DNA of 64,000 bases from Thermosynechococcus sp. (GTDB lineage Bacteria; Cyanobacteriota; Cyanobacteriia; Thermosynechococcales; Thermosynechococcaceae). Position numbers and translations under genes: made by a program. Shown here one piece after another: positions 46,661 through 55,747 of this stretch. The stretch's first letter is position 1, and every line of letters starts with the position of its first letter. Location: the NCBI RefSeq assembly GCF_046299655.1, contig NZ_JBKBHZ010000007.1:7370-71369 (forward strand), written 5' to 3'. A model generated the notes under the pieces. The model did no database searches and was not told where the DNA came from. It saw only the letters and a program-made list of their open reading frames with translations.

Positions 46661-47662
46661 ATGCTCAAATCCATTGGCCAAGGCCTTGGGAATGAAACGA
46701 GCCGCCTGATTTTGCGACGCTTGGGGGAAGCTCTAATCACATTGCTACTGGCCTCGGCGTTGAGTTTTGCCATTATGCAGCTGGCGCCGGGGAACTATCT
46801 CGACAATCTCAAAGCAGATCCACAAATTTCCTTGGAACGCTTGCAGGAATTGGAGCGGCAATTTGGCCTCGATAAGTCCCCCGTGGAGCAATACTTTCGC
46901 TGGCTGTGGCAGATTATTCGCTATGGCAACTTTGGGACGAGTTTTGTCTATCAGCGATCGGTGGCATCCCTATTATGGGAGCGAGTACCGGCTACTCTCC
47001 TGCTGTCTTTGAGTTCAATTCTCCTCACATGGGGATTAGCCATCCCCTTGGGAATTTGGGCAGCGGTGACCCAAGATCGGTGGAGCGATCGCCTGCTGCG
47101 GGTCATTAGTTACATTGGCCAAGGGTTTCCCAGTTTTATTACTGCCCTCTTGCTACTCTTTCTTGCCCAAAGCACCCCCCTGTTTCCCGTCGGCGGCATG
47201 ACTAGCCTCTTTTACGATGAGCTGCCTTGGTGGGGCAAAGTTCTGGATATTGGCTGGCACCTGATTTTACCGACCCTTGCCCTTACCCTCACCAGTTTTG
47301 CGGGTTTACAACGCCTGATGCGGGGAAATTTACTGGATGTGCTGCGCCAAAACTACATTCAAACGGCACGCGCCAAGGGACTCCCGGAATCACGGGTGAT
47401 TTATGTCCATGCCCTGCGCAATGCGGTGAACCCCCTAATCACCCTTTTGGGCTTTGAATTTGCCAGCCTCCTCAGCGGTGCCTTTATTGCCGAGTTTTTC
47501 TTTAACTGGCCGGGTTTGGGGCGGCTGATTTTACAGGCGGTGACTGCCCAAGATATCTATGTTGTGATGGCCAGCTTGATGATGGGGGCAGTGATGCTGA
47601 TTGTTGGCAATCTGCTGGCGGATTTACTCCTGAAATGGGCTGATCCGCGTATTCAGCATTGA
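46661..47662 (+). CDS. ABC transporter permease (DppB/OppB-type)
   Basis: 333 aa with the EAA region YIQTARAKGLPESRVIYVHALRNA. It starts 3 nt after the preceding stop. Confidence 0.9.
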   Translation: MLKSIGQGLGNETSRLILRRLGEALITLLLASALSFAIMQLAPGNYLDNLKADPQISLERLQELERQFGLDKSPVEQYFRWLWQIIRYGNFGTSFVYQRSVASLLWERVPATLLLSLSSILLTWGLAIPLGIWAAVTQDRWSDRLLRVISYIGQGFPSFITALLLLFLAQSTPLFPVGGMTSLFYDELPWWGKVLDIGWHLILPTLALTLTSFAGLQRLMRGNLLDVLRQNYIQTARAKGLPESRVIYVHALRNAVNPLITLLGFEFASLLSGAFIAEFFFNWPGLGRLILQAVTAQDIYVVMASLMMGAVMLIVGNLLADLLLKWADPRIQH

Positions 47663-47791
47663 TAAAGATATATAGCTTACATAAAAAATAAAATAAAAAA
47701 ATTTATGGAAACTAAGTCACTGTAACCTTGACAATCTATAAGGGCGCAGGATATCCTTAAGCTATTACCTTGCATATGAGGTAACTTAAAT

Positions 47792-48058
47792 ATGAACAAA
47801 ACTAATGAATCCTTAGATACTAAAGTAGCAAAAGCTGCTTTAGGTACTGTAGCTGGAATTGCAACTACTGTGGTAGGAGAGTCCATTCCAGTGGCGGTTG
47901 TAAGTTCTACAGTGCCTGCTTCTGGAATTGCCGGATGGTTAGGCTTCACAACAACTGCCACAACTGTTGTTACTCTGCCGACTGTAGGGGTGTTGGCACT
48001 AGCTGCCCTAGTGGGTTACGGTATCTACAAAGGACTTGAAGCAGCTCAAAACAACTAA
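47792..48058 (+). CDS. Hypothetical small Ala/Gly/Thr/Val-rich membrane protein (88 aa) in an AT-rich islet
   Basis: GAGGT lies 10 nt upstream of the ATG and hairpin/T-tract structures lie downstream. The competing minus-strand ORF (47677..47961) has no SD. No family recognised. Confidence 0.45.
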   Translation: MNKTNESLDTKVAKAALGTVAGIATTVVGESIPVAVVSSTVPASGIAGWLGFTTTATTVVTLPTVGVLALAALVGYGIYKGLEAAQNN

Positions 48059-48167
48059 AGCGTAGAGTCTTCAAGAAAAGATACCAAAAAGACTTGCTAG
48101 TTAGTGAGTCAGGGGGAGGCATAATAGCTTTTATCACATAACCTCCCTAGATCAGTTTTTTGTAACA

Positions 48168-48217
48168 GGGTGGCTACAACAGTAGGCCACCTTAATTTTA
48201 GTTTTTATTTTTTTAAG
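48168..48217 (+). terminator. Putative rho-independent terminator
   Basis: GGTGGCTAC-AACA-GTAGGCCACC hairpin followed by TTAATTTTAGTTTTTATTTTTTT. Confidence 0.45.
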
Positions 48218-48332
48218 TAATCGAGGTTGCTAGGTTGGCGATCGCGCAAAACCTGTATCAAATTAGCCACGGACTAGAGACCCTGAACTGAAAATTGTTA
48301 AGAGTATAGCTATTCCAATCAAGAATGACACG

Positions 48333-48582
48333 TTATCCAGCACAATCATTGCAAATCACTTCATTAATCGAACTGTTTGACCCTGTATACATCCGCACTC
48401 GCTTCAGCACACTAAAATCGTACTCAATGCCATGCAAATCAGGAGACTATTTCGGTAAAAGTAAAATCTGGTGACCCGCCGCTTTGACTACTGCCTGAAA
48501 AGAGTTGAGTCGCTTCACTGATTTTGCCGCCTTGCTTGATATAGGAGACAACCCGTTCTCTTCAGTCCAAGCTATAGCTCAT
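48333..48582 (-). mobile_element. Internally deleted IS630-family transposase remnant
   Basis: Minus-strand translation gives MSYSLD*RERVVSYIKQGGKISEATQLFQ (the IS630 N-terminal HTH), joined directly to ..ILLLPK*SPDLHGIEYDFSVLKRVRMY.. (compare the conserved LPPYSPDLNPIE..W..LK C-terminus). In-frame stops are present and the catalytic core is missing. Confidence 0.65.
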
Positions 48583-48690
48583 AGTTTTGAGTGATATTCA
48601 TGACTCTTTGGGTATAGCCTATTCCTCTTGAAAATATCTCACTCCCTTTCGAAATATCTATAGGAGCATCTCCACTGCTAAAATGCAATG

Positions 48691-50571
48691 CTACTCAACT
48701 GTTACTGACTTGGCGAGGTTACGGGGTTGATCCACATCTAAACCACGGCGGGCAGCAATGTGATAGGCCAACAGTTGCAGGGGCATTACCGTCAGGATAG
48801 GGGAGAGAAGCTCATCCACCTCGGGGACGGGTAAGAGGTTATCAAAGGTGTGCTGGGCTTCGGCTTCGTCAAGGGGGGTGACCCCAATGAGGCGGGCATC
48901 GCGGGCACGGGCTTCTTGGGCATTGGAGAGAACCTTCTCAAAGACACTGCCGGGCATGGCGATCGCTACTACTGGTACTTTGGCATCAAGGAGGGCGATC
49001 GGACCATGTTTCATTTCCCCCGCCGGATAGCCCTCGGCATGGATATAGCTAATTTCCTTGAGTTTGAGGGCACCTTCGAGGGCAATGGGAAAGTTAATGC
49101 CGCGTCCCAAAAAGATAAAGTCTTGGGTTTCAGCGAAGTCATGGGAGAGAGCTTCAATATAGCGTTCTTGGCTTTCTAAGATTTGCTCCATCTGGGCGGG
49201 CAATTGGCGCAAGCCGGTCACCAGTTCCGCTAAACGGGAGCGATCGCAAGACTGGCGCTGCCACGCCAATTCTAGGGTAAGCAGGTAAAAGGCCACCAAC
49301 TGGGCAACAAAGGTTTTTGTGGCGGCCACACCAATTTCAATGCCCGCACGGGTATCAATAATGTGGGGCACCAGATGTCCCAGACTACTTTCTGGACGAT
49401 TGGTAATTCCCAGCAAACGGGGTTGGAGAGCGCCTTCGAGTCCTTGGCGGCGTTTTAGTTCCATCTCTAGAGCCGCAAGGGTGTCGGCGGTTTCCCCCGA
49501 CTGGGTGACACCAATGGTCAGGGTATTGGGTAGCAGGGGCGGTGGTGCGTAGCGAAACTCTGAGGCATATTGCACACTGGTGGGAATTTGCGCCACCTGC
49601 TCAAGCAGATATTTGCCTACAAGGCCAGCGTGCCAACTGGTGCCACAGGCCACAATTTGAATGTGCTGGAGATTCTCAAGGAGGCTGGGATCTAGGGGCA
49701 ACTGCACCGGGCTAAAGGGACTGTCCCCATCCCAATCGGCGCGTAAATAGTCCTCGAGGCAGGTGCGCACGACCCCCGGCTGCTCATAGATTTCCTTGAG
49801 CATGTAGTGCTTGAAGCCCTGCTTCTCGACCATGACGGGGTTCCAGTTGAGAGTGCGGGGGGTTTTGCGCAGGCGGTGTCCCTCAAAGTCATAGACTTCC
49901 ACCCCTGTGGGGGTTAGCCGAGCCAGTTCCCCATTTTCAAGGGGTAACACAGCACGGGTATGGGGAATAATCGCTGGGGTATCCGAGGCGCAAAAGAATT
50001 CCCCTTGGCCAAAGCCAATGACAAGGGGAGCCTGTTGGCGGGCCACAATTAATTCATCGGGGTAGTCGGCGCAAATAACGGCAATGGCAAACGCCCCTTC
50101 CAATTGGTGAACTGCTTGACGCACCGCTTCTAGGAGGCCATCGGCAGTGGGGATCTCAGGTAACGCTTCGGCAATCAGATGGGGAATGACTTCGGTATCG
50201 GTCTCGGAGCGGAAAATGTGCCCCCGCGCCTGAAGTTGCTCCCGTAGTTCACGGTAGTTTTCAATGATGCCATTTTGCACCACGGCTAGGCGATCGCGAC
50301 TGTCGCGATGGGGGTGGGCATTGTGCTCCTCTGGTTTACCATGGGTCGCCCAACGGGTGTGGCCAATACCGACATGGGCAACAATGTCAAGCTGTTCGAC
50401 TTTTTCGGCTAAATTGCGGAGTTTGCCCTTGGCGCGCACACAAAGGAGTTCGCCCTCACTGAGGGTGGCAATGCCAGCGGAATCATAGCCCCGATATTCC
50501 AGCTTTTGCAGCCCCTGCAGCAGGATTTGGGTTGCTTGCTGTGGGCCAATATAGCCGACAATGCCACACAT
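48691..50571 (-). CDS. glmS: Glutamine--fructose-6-phosphate aminotransferase (isomerizing)
   Basis: 626 aa with the MCGIVGY N-terminal nucleophile, two SIS domains and a C-terminal ...AKSVTVE. Confidence 0.95.
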   Translation of the reverse strand: MCGIVGYIGPQQATQILLQGLQKLEYRGYDSAGIATLSEGELLCVRAKGKLRNLAEKVEQLDIVAHVGIGHTRWATHGKPEEHNAHPHRDSRDRLAVVQNGIIENYRELREQLQARGHIFRSETDTEVIPHLIAEALPEIPTADGLLEAVRQAVHQLEGAFAIAVICADYPDELIVARQQAPLVIGFGQGEFFCASDTPAIIPHTRAVLPLENGELARLTPTGVEVYDFEGHRLRKTPRTLNWNPVMVEKQGFKHYMLKEIYEQPGVVRTCLEDYLRADWDGDSPFSPVQLPLDPSLLENLQHIQIVACGTSWHAGLVGKYLLEQVAQIPTSVQYASEFRYAPPPLLPNTLTIGVTQSGETADTLAALEMELKRRQGLEGALQPRLLGITNRPESSLGHLVPHIIDTRAGIEIGVAATKTFVAQLVAFYLLTLELAWQRQSCDRSRLAELVTGLRQLPAQMEQILESQERYIEALSHDFAETQDFIFLGRGINFPIALEGALKLKEISYIHAEGYPAGEMKHGPIALLDAKVPVVAIAMPGSVFEKVLSNAQEARARDARLIGVTPLDEAEAQHTFDNLLPVPEVDELLSPILTVMPLQLLAYHIAARRGLDVDQPRNLAKSVTVE

Positions 50572-50616
50572 GGAAGAGACCTCGTAATGCTTAATCCTGA
50601 AAACCGCAGGAATGCC

Positions 50617-50925
50617 CTAAGGACGGCGGGCAAACTGTGGGAGTTCCACCTGTGCCCGTTTGAGGGAAAGCCGTGAACAGGAGGCAAAGCGCTCTTTAGT
50701 AAATTCAGCTTGCCACGGTTGAATGCCAATGGGTTGAATTGAACGGGGAGGGAAAACTCTTGGCATGGAAATCTCGTCTAAGGACTTTGATTCGGTTCTT
50801 GAGGGAACCTGAACTCGGTGAACTGTCCTGTGCCACGACTCCTCAATTTGGCGGCGAGAATTGGCGATCGCTTGCCATTCGTGATCATCCATAGTCCACT
50901 CTACTTTCTGCCACTCGCTCATCAC
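50617..50925 (-). CDS. Hypothetical protein (102 aa)
   Basis: ORF only, lying directly upstream of and co-oriented with glmS. No motif recognised. Confidence 0.35.
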   Translation of the reverse strand: MMSEWQKVEWTMDDHEWQAIANSRRQIEESWHRTVHRVQVPSRTESKSLDEISMPRVFPPRSIQPIGIQPWQAEFTKERFASCSRLSLKRAQVELPQFARRP

Positions 50926-51270
50926 CCAACACCCACACCTTAATAAAAGATTAATTAGTCAGATTTTTATGAACTAGATTATCGGATTTTTAACAAAAGG
51001 CAAGCTTTGGGCAAAAATTGTTACAGGATGCTAGTCAAACAGCCTGCAACTCCCGTCACCTGCTGTGTTGAGCAAGTACGCCAATCCGCTAGCGTCCATG
51101 CGCTTTCAGTACAACTCAAGACACTTCACAAACCGGTACGTGCCTAGGTTTGAAATCCTTTCGTAGAATTCCTCATCCATGCAGTGGGGTCGCTTATTTC
51201 CGTATCTTTCACAGGTGAGTGCCGTAGTGCCACAATACCCTAAACGGCCTATCACTGGAGATGCACAGCC

Positions 51271-52764
51271 ATGAAGCTACGGGAACTCCTGACCGCGGCA
51301 GCGATTACGCCCAGCCTTGAGCATCCTGCCCTCGATCAAGAGGTGAAGTCCCTGAGTACAAATTCTTGGGAGTGTCAGCGTGGCTCGTTGTTTATTGGTA
51401 TGCCCGGCACGCGGGTGGACGGGGGCAATTTTTGGCCGAGTGCCCTAGCGGCAGGGGCGATCGCCGCAGTGGTCTCTCCTCAAGCCAAACCCCGTGAAGG
51501 GGATGCCTGCGTAATTGTAGTCCCCGATATTGAACGTGCCTGTGGTCGGCTCGCTGCCGCATTTTATGGTTACCCCAGTCAACAGCTCAGTCTCTTGGGA
51601 GTTACGGGGACTAATGGCAAAACAACCACCACCCACTTGGTGGAACATCTTCTCAACAGTGTGGGCTATCCAACAGCACTCTTGGGAACGCTCTACAGCC
51701 GCTGGCCGGGACACTGTGAGATGGCCAGTCACACCACGCCCTTCGCGGTGGCTCTTCAGGAACAATTGGCGGCAGCAGTTGCAGCGGGCTGTCGGTTTGG
51801 GGTAATGGAAGTGAGTTCCCATGCTTTAGCGCAGGATCGGGTGTGGGGCTGTCAGTTTGAAGTGGCGGCCTTTACCAATTTGACCCAAGATCATCTAGAC
51901 TATCACCGCGATCTGGCGGACTATTTTGCCGCTAAGGCTAAGCTCTTTACTGCTGACTATCTCAAGGGTCGAGCCATTCTCAATGGCGATGATCCCTTTG
52001 GCCAGCGCTTGGCGCAACAGCTGCCCCGCGATCGCTACTGGACCTATGGGCTGAGGGAAGAGGCCGATTTTCGAGCGGAGAACCTTAACTATCGTGTCAA
52101 TGGCGTGACGGGCACGGTTCATACTCCTATCGGTAGTGGCACCCTAGACTCACCCTTGGTGGGACGGTTTAATGTGGCCAATGTGCTAGCAGCGATCGCC
52201 ATGGGGGCAGCGGTGGGACTGCCCTTAGAATCGATGCTCAAGGCCATTCGTGACTTTGCGGGGGTACCGGGGCGGATGGAGCAGGTGCGCATTAGCCCAG
52301 ACCAAGAGATTACCGTTCTTGTGGATTATGCCCATACCCCCGATAGCCTTGAGAACTTGTTAAAAGCTGCCCGTCCCTTTATTCCCGGTAAGCTGATCTG
52401 TGTCTTTGGCTGTGGGGGCGATCGCGATCGCACCAAACGTCCCCAAATGGGTGCCATTGCCGCCCGCCTTGCGGATCAAGTGGTGGTGACATCTGATAAC
52501 CCGCGCACTGAGGATCCCCGCCGCATTCTGGATGACATTTTGGCTGGTATCCCACCGCAAACGCCGATGATTGTCGAGGCGGATCGCCGCCAAGCCATTT
52601 TCCAGGCAATTCTGAACGCAGCCCCTGGCGATGGCGTGATTATTGCTGGTAAAGGTCATGAGGATTACCAAATTCTCGGCACTGAAAAAGTTCACTTCGA
52701 CGATCGCGAAGAAGCCCGCACTGCCCTCGAACAGCGACGCAAACAACAACTGAATCAAGGCTAA
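51271..52764 (+). CDS. murE: UDP-N-acetylmuramoyl-L-alanyl-D-glutamate--2,6-diaminopimelate ligase
   Basis: 497 aa with GVTGTNGKTTT and the meso-DAP-specific motif DNPR (SDNPRTEDP). Confidence 0.93.
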   Translation: MKLRELLTAAAITPSLEHPALDQEVKSLSTNSWECQRGSLFIGMPGTRVDGGNFWPSALAAGAIAAVVSPQAKPREGDACVIVVPDIERACGRLAAAFYGYPSQQLSLLGVTGTNGKTTTTHLVEHLLNSVGYPTALLGTLYSRWPGHCEMASHTTPFAVALQEQLAAAVAAGCRFGVMEVSSHALAQDRVWGCQFEVAAFTNLTQDHLDYHRDLADYFAAKAKLFTADYLKGRAILNGDDPFGQRLAQQLPRDRYWTYGLREEADFRAENLNYRVNGVTGTVHTPIGSGTLDSPLVGRFNVANVLAAIAMGAAVGLPLESMLKAIRDFAGVPGRMEQVRISPDQEITVLVDYAHTPDSLENLLKAARPFIPGKLICVFGCGGDRDRTKRPQMGAIAARLADQVVVTSDNPRTEDPRRILDDILAGIPPQTPMIVEADRRQAIFQAILNAAPGDGVIIAGKGHEDYQILGTEKVHFDDREEARTALEQRRKQQLNQG

Positions 52765-52781
52765 CGTGCCACAATAGGGGA

Positions 52782-54278
52782 TTGTTGTTCCACAGCGAGC
52801 AGGTTGTGATTGAGGCAGAGGTTCACCGCCAATTACGGGCATTTTTACGCAGCAGTGGCGATCGCCGCTGGCCTCACCATCTCACCTTGGCGCGGTTGGT
52901 TGCCCGTGCCCTGCGCCTGCGGCGGGGGTGCCTACTTCAGGTTAGCCAGCGGGCGGCGTTGCAACATCGCTATGGTCTGAGTTACCTGCTGCCGCTGCTG
53001 TTGTATCCTGAGCCGGCCCTGCTCGTCGTCCCCCAAGAGCGACTGACGCGACTGCTGCACCAAGAAATTCCTGAGCTGCTCACCTTTCTTGCGGCAACGA
53101 AACCGATTCAGCAGAGCCACTGCCCGCAGCCAGCCTTTGAGGGGTTGCTTGTAATGAGCCTTGAGGACTGGTGTCGCCACGCCAACGCCCATCCCAATGT
53201 CGTCACAATCATTGATGGCATTGAAGCCTTGCCGCAAATTGCCCAGCAGCAGATGACCTGTACAATTACCACCAGCGATTGGGAGCATTTGAAACTAGCG
53301 ATTCCCAGTGCTGTTGATGCCATTCGTCAAGTCTATGCCCAGTTGGCGCAGCACCTCTTTCAGCGACCGCAGAATCCCTATGGCGACTATCTGCTTACCT
53401 CCACAGAACGGCAACCGCTCCTTGAACTGCTCCATCAATGGCCCCAAGCCTTGCCTCCCCAATGGTTGCAATTGCGGGATTACCTCAACCGCAGTGACAC
53501 GGTGATTTGGGGACGGCGCCACCCCACCGTGGGCTACTTCAGCCTCCAAGGACATCCCCTCAGTTTCCGCTCCTATTTTGAGCATCTTTGGTCCCAAGCA
53601 CCCTTTGTCTTCATCGGTAGTGGACCAGAGACAGACCCCCCTCTAGCCTATGTGCAGCAGGAACTGGGTATTCCGCCCCAAACAACGATCAAATTTGCTG
53701 GCGATCGCCACAGTGAAGCGATTACCCTTGCGATCGCCGAAGACTTACCCTTGCCCAACACCCCAGAATTTGCCCCAGCGGTTTTGCGACGCCTCTATGA
53801 TCTCATTGGCACGATTGGCCATCGGCGGGCAGTAATCCTCGTTAGTGATGTGCCCCTGCGGGAACAGTTAGCCACCCAATTGGCTGCTCTTTACGGTTCA
53901 CGGGTGCAGGTGGAGACGACGACCCTTGATACGAACACAATTCTAGTGACGGGGGAAGCCTTTTGGCTGCGGCATGGGGTGCAGTTGCCCTGTCCGGCTC
54001 TCTTTGTTTTGACGACGTTGCCCTTGCCCTCGCCGGCAAAAGCGGTGGTGAGTGCCCGCATTGAATGGCACAAGCAACAAAAACAGGATTGGTTTCGCCA
54101 GTATCTCTTGCCAGAGTGCTTGACCCTGCTGGATTGTGCCCTTGCTCCGGTGCGTCAGGATGACACGCTGGTGGCTATTTTGGATCGGCGGCTCACGGAG
54201 CGCAGCTATGGCCGGGAAATTCTCCAGAGTCTCAGTCCCTACAACCGTGTTAGCGATCGCGCCCGATCACCGCGTTGA
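52782..54278 (+). CDS. DinG/Rad3-like helicase C-terminal domain protein (no obvious Walker A)
   Basis: 498 aa. The C-terminal ...LVAILDRRLTERSYGREILQSL resembles the helicase_C_2 end of the DinG family. The N-terminus lacks a clear P-loop by eye. Confidence 0.55.
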   Translation: MLFHSEQVVIEAEVHRQLRAFLRSSGDRRWPHHLTLARLVARALRLRRGCLLQVSQRAALQHRYGLSYLLPLLLYPEPALLVVPQERLTRLLHQEIPELLTFLAATKPIQQSHCPQPAFEGLLVMSLEDWCRHANAHPNVVTIIDGIEALPQIAQQQMTCTITTSDWEHLKLAIPSAVDAIRQVYAQLAQHLFQRPQNPYGDYLLTSTERQPLLELLHQWPQALPPQWLQLRDYLNRSDTVIWGRRHPTVGYFSLQGHPLSFRSYFEHLWSQAPFVFIGSGPETDPPLAYVQQELGIPPQTTIKFAGDRHSEAITLAIAEDLPLPNTPEFAPAVLRRLYDLIGTIGHRRAVILVSDVPLREQLATQLAALYGSRVQVETTTLDTNTILVTGEAFWLRHGVQLPCPALFVLTTLPLPSPAKAVVSARIEWHKQQKQDWFRQYLLPECLTLLDCALAPVRQDDTLVAILDRRLTERSYGREILQSLSPYNRVSDRARSPR

Positions 54279-55065
54279 GTTTGCCACTGCGAAAGCCCTC
54301 TAGATCTAACGTGACATAGGTAAAGCCAAGGGACTGAAAGTGGCTCACCAGCTTCTCGAGATCCGTCATCGTCACAAACTCGGCAATTTGCGCTTGGGGC
54401 ACCTCAATGCGAGCCGTATCGCCATGGCTGCGGACGCGACACAGTTCCCAGCCCTGCTGGCGGAGGTAGTATTCAGCATTGCCCACCCGTTGCAGCTTGG
54501 CAAGGGTAATTTCTTCACCGTAGGGAAAGCGCGAACTGAGGCAGGGTTGGGCGGGTTTATTCCACCACGGCAGACCAAGGGATTTGGCAATTTCCCGCAC
54601 CTCTAGTTTGGTAATCCCCACCTCGGCTAGGGGCGATCGCACCCCCCGTTCTTTGGCCGCAGCAATGCCGGGGCGATAGTCTTGAAGATCATCGGCATTC
54701 ACGCCATCGAGAATATAGTCATAGCCCCACGCCTGAGCCAGTTCCCGCAGGCGATCGTGGAGTTCACTTTTGCAAAAGTAGCAGCGATTCACGGGGTTGG
54801 TGGCGTAGTTGGGGTTGTCCAGTTCATGGGTTTCAATCAGTTCATGGCGAATGCCAATGGCCGCCGCCTGAATACGGGCATCCTCTAAGTCCGCTGGAAA
54901 TAGCGACGGAGAAACCGCTGTGACCGCCACCGCGCGATCGCCCAAGACATCGTGAGCCACTTTGGCCACAAGGGTACTATCAATGCCGCCAGAGTAGGCA
55001 ATCAAGGCTTGATCGAGTTCACCAATGAGATCGCGCAAGGCCGCCAGTTTATCCACGCCCATCAC
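54250..55065 (-). CDS. PP-loop ATP pyrophosphatase, LarE-like sulfur transferase family (TIGR00268-type)
   Basis: 271 aa with the PP-loop YSGGIDSTLVA and a conserved QPCLSSRFPYG containing the Cys. Confidence 0.8.
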   Translation of the reverse strand: MMGVDKLAALRDLIGELDQALIAYSGGIDSTLVAKVAHDVLGDRAVAVTAVSPSLFPADLEDARIQAAAIGIRHELIETHELDNPNYATNPVNRCYFCKSELHDRLRELAQAWGYDYILDGVNADDLQDYRPGIAAAKERGVRSPLAEVGITKLEVREIAKSLGLPWWNKPAQPCLSSRFPYGEEITLAKLQRVGNAEYYLRQQGWELCRVRSHGDTARIEVPQAQIAEFVTMTDLEKLVSHFQSLGFTYVTLDLEGFRSGKLNAVIGRDR

Positions 55066-55225
55066 CGACCAATCTTCTGAACTTCTGCAGTTTAGGAGTT
55101 ATTTCAAACATAGCTCCTAATGACTAACATAGCGGCGTGAGCAGGCACGATTTAACCAATTAAGCAATAGGCGGTGCTGAAACCGCTCATCCCCAACAAG
55201 TGAAGTCGGCGAGGCTGTTCTCGAA

Positions 55226-55480
55226 CTAACACTTCCTGAGACACCATTGGAAACGATTGCCGTTCCGTCTTAGGCGGCGCCTCAAATTTGGAACAACTTC
55301 CACAGCATCCAAGACTTCGCAAAGAAAATTAACGTTTTCTACCAGCTTCAAATCTAACCGATTCGGCAAATTCCTGCTAAGCTCATTTTTTGCTAAAATC
55401 GCTTGAAGTTGCTCTGGAAGGGGGTTTGAGTATTTTTTGGAAGGTCCGTAGAAAATAATTTGGCTGCCCTTGTCAGACAT
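55226..55480 (-). CDS. Hypothetical protein (84 aa) in a lower-GC patch
   Basis: ORF only, with AT-rich codon usage unlike its neighbours. No family recognised. Confidence 0.3.
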   Translation of the reverse strand: MSDKGSQIIFYGPSKKYSNPLPEQLQAILAKNELSRNLPNRLDLKLVENVNFLCEVLDAVEVVPNLRRRLRRNGNRFQWCLRKC

Positions 55481-55593
55481 CCCTCGTTGGGAGGGATTGC
55501 AATCCGCTCAGGGAGAGGTTATGTTAGAAACACTCTTGCTGGCTTTCAAAGAAGCTGATCAAATGGAAAAAATGGAAAAGCTCGGGAGAACCT

Positions 55594-55734
55594 ATGGGAA
55601 TTTTCAACGGCATTATTGATTTTCTGAGCAATATCAACTTTGAAGTCATCGCCCAACTGACGATGATTGCCATGATTGGCATCGCGGGGCCGATGATTAT
55701 TTTCCTGTTGGCGGTGCGTCGCGGCAATTTGTAA
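55594..55734 (+). CDS. psb30: Photosystem II reaction centre protein Psb30 (Ycf12)
   Basis: Absent from the ORF track (46 aa). Hand translation gives MGIFNGIIDFLSNINFEVIAQLTMIAMIGIAGPMIIFLLAVRRGNL*. An SD-like GGGAGAA lies upstream. It matches my memory of Ycf12. Confidence 0.85.
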   Translation: MGIFNGIIDFLSNINFEVIAQLTMIAMIGIAGPMIIFLLAVRRGNL

Positions 55735-55747
55735 TTCATTCCAAGAA

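Noticed and set aside
47677-47961. 94 aa minus-strand ORF in the AT-rich islet as the real gene
   Set aside because: It has no SD and begins in the middle of the plus-strand ORF. The plus-strand ORF has an SD and downstream terminator-like hairpins. Neither ORF is certain.
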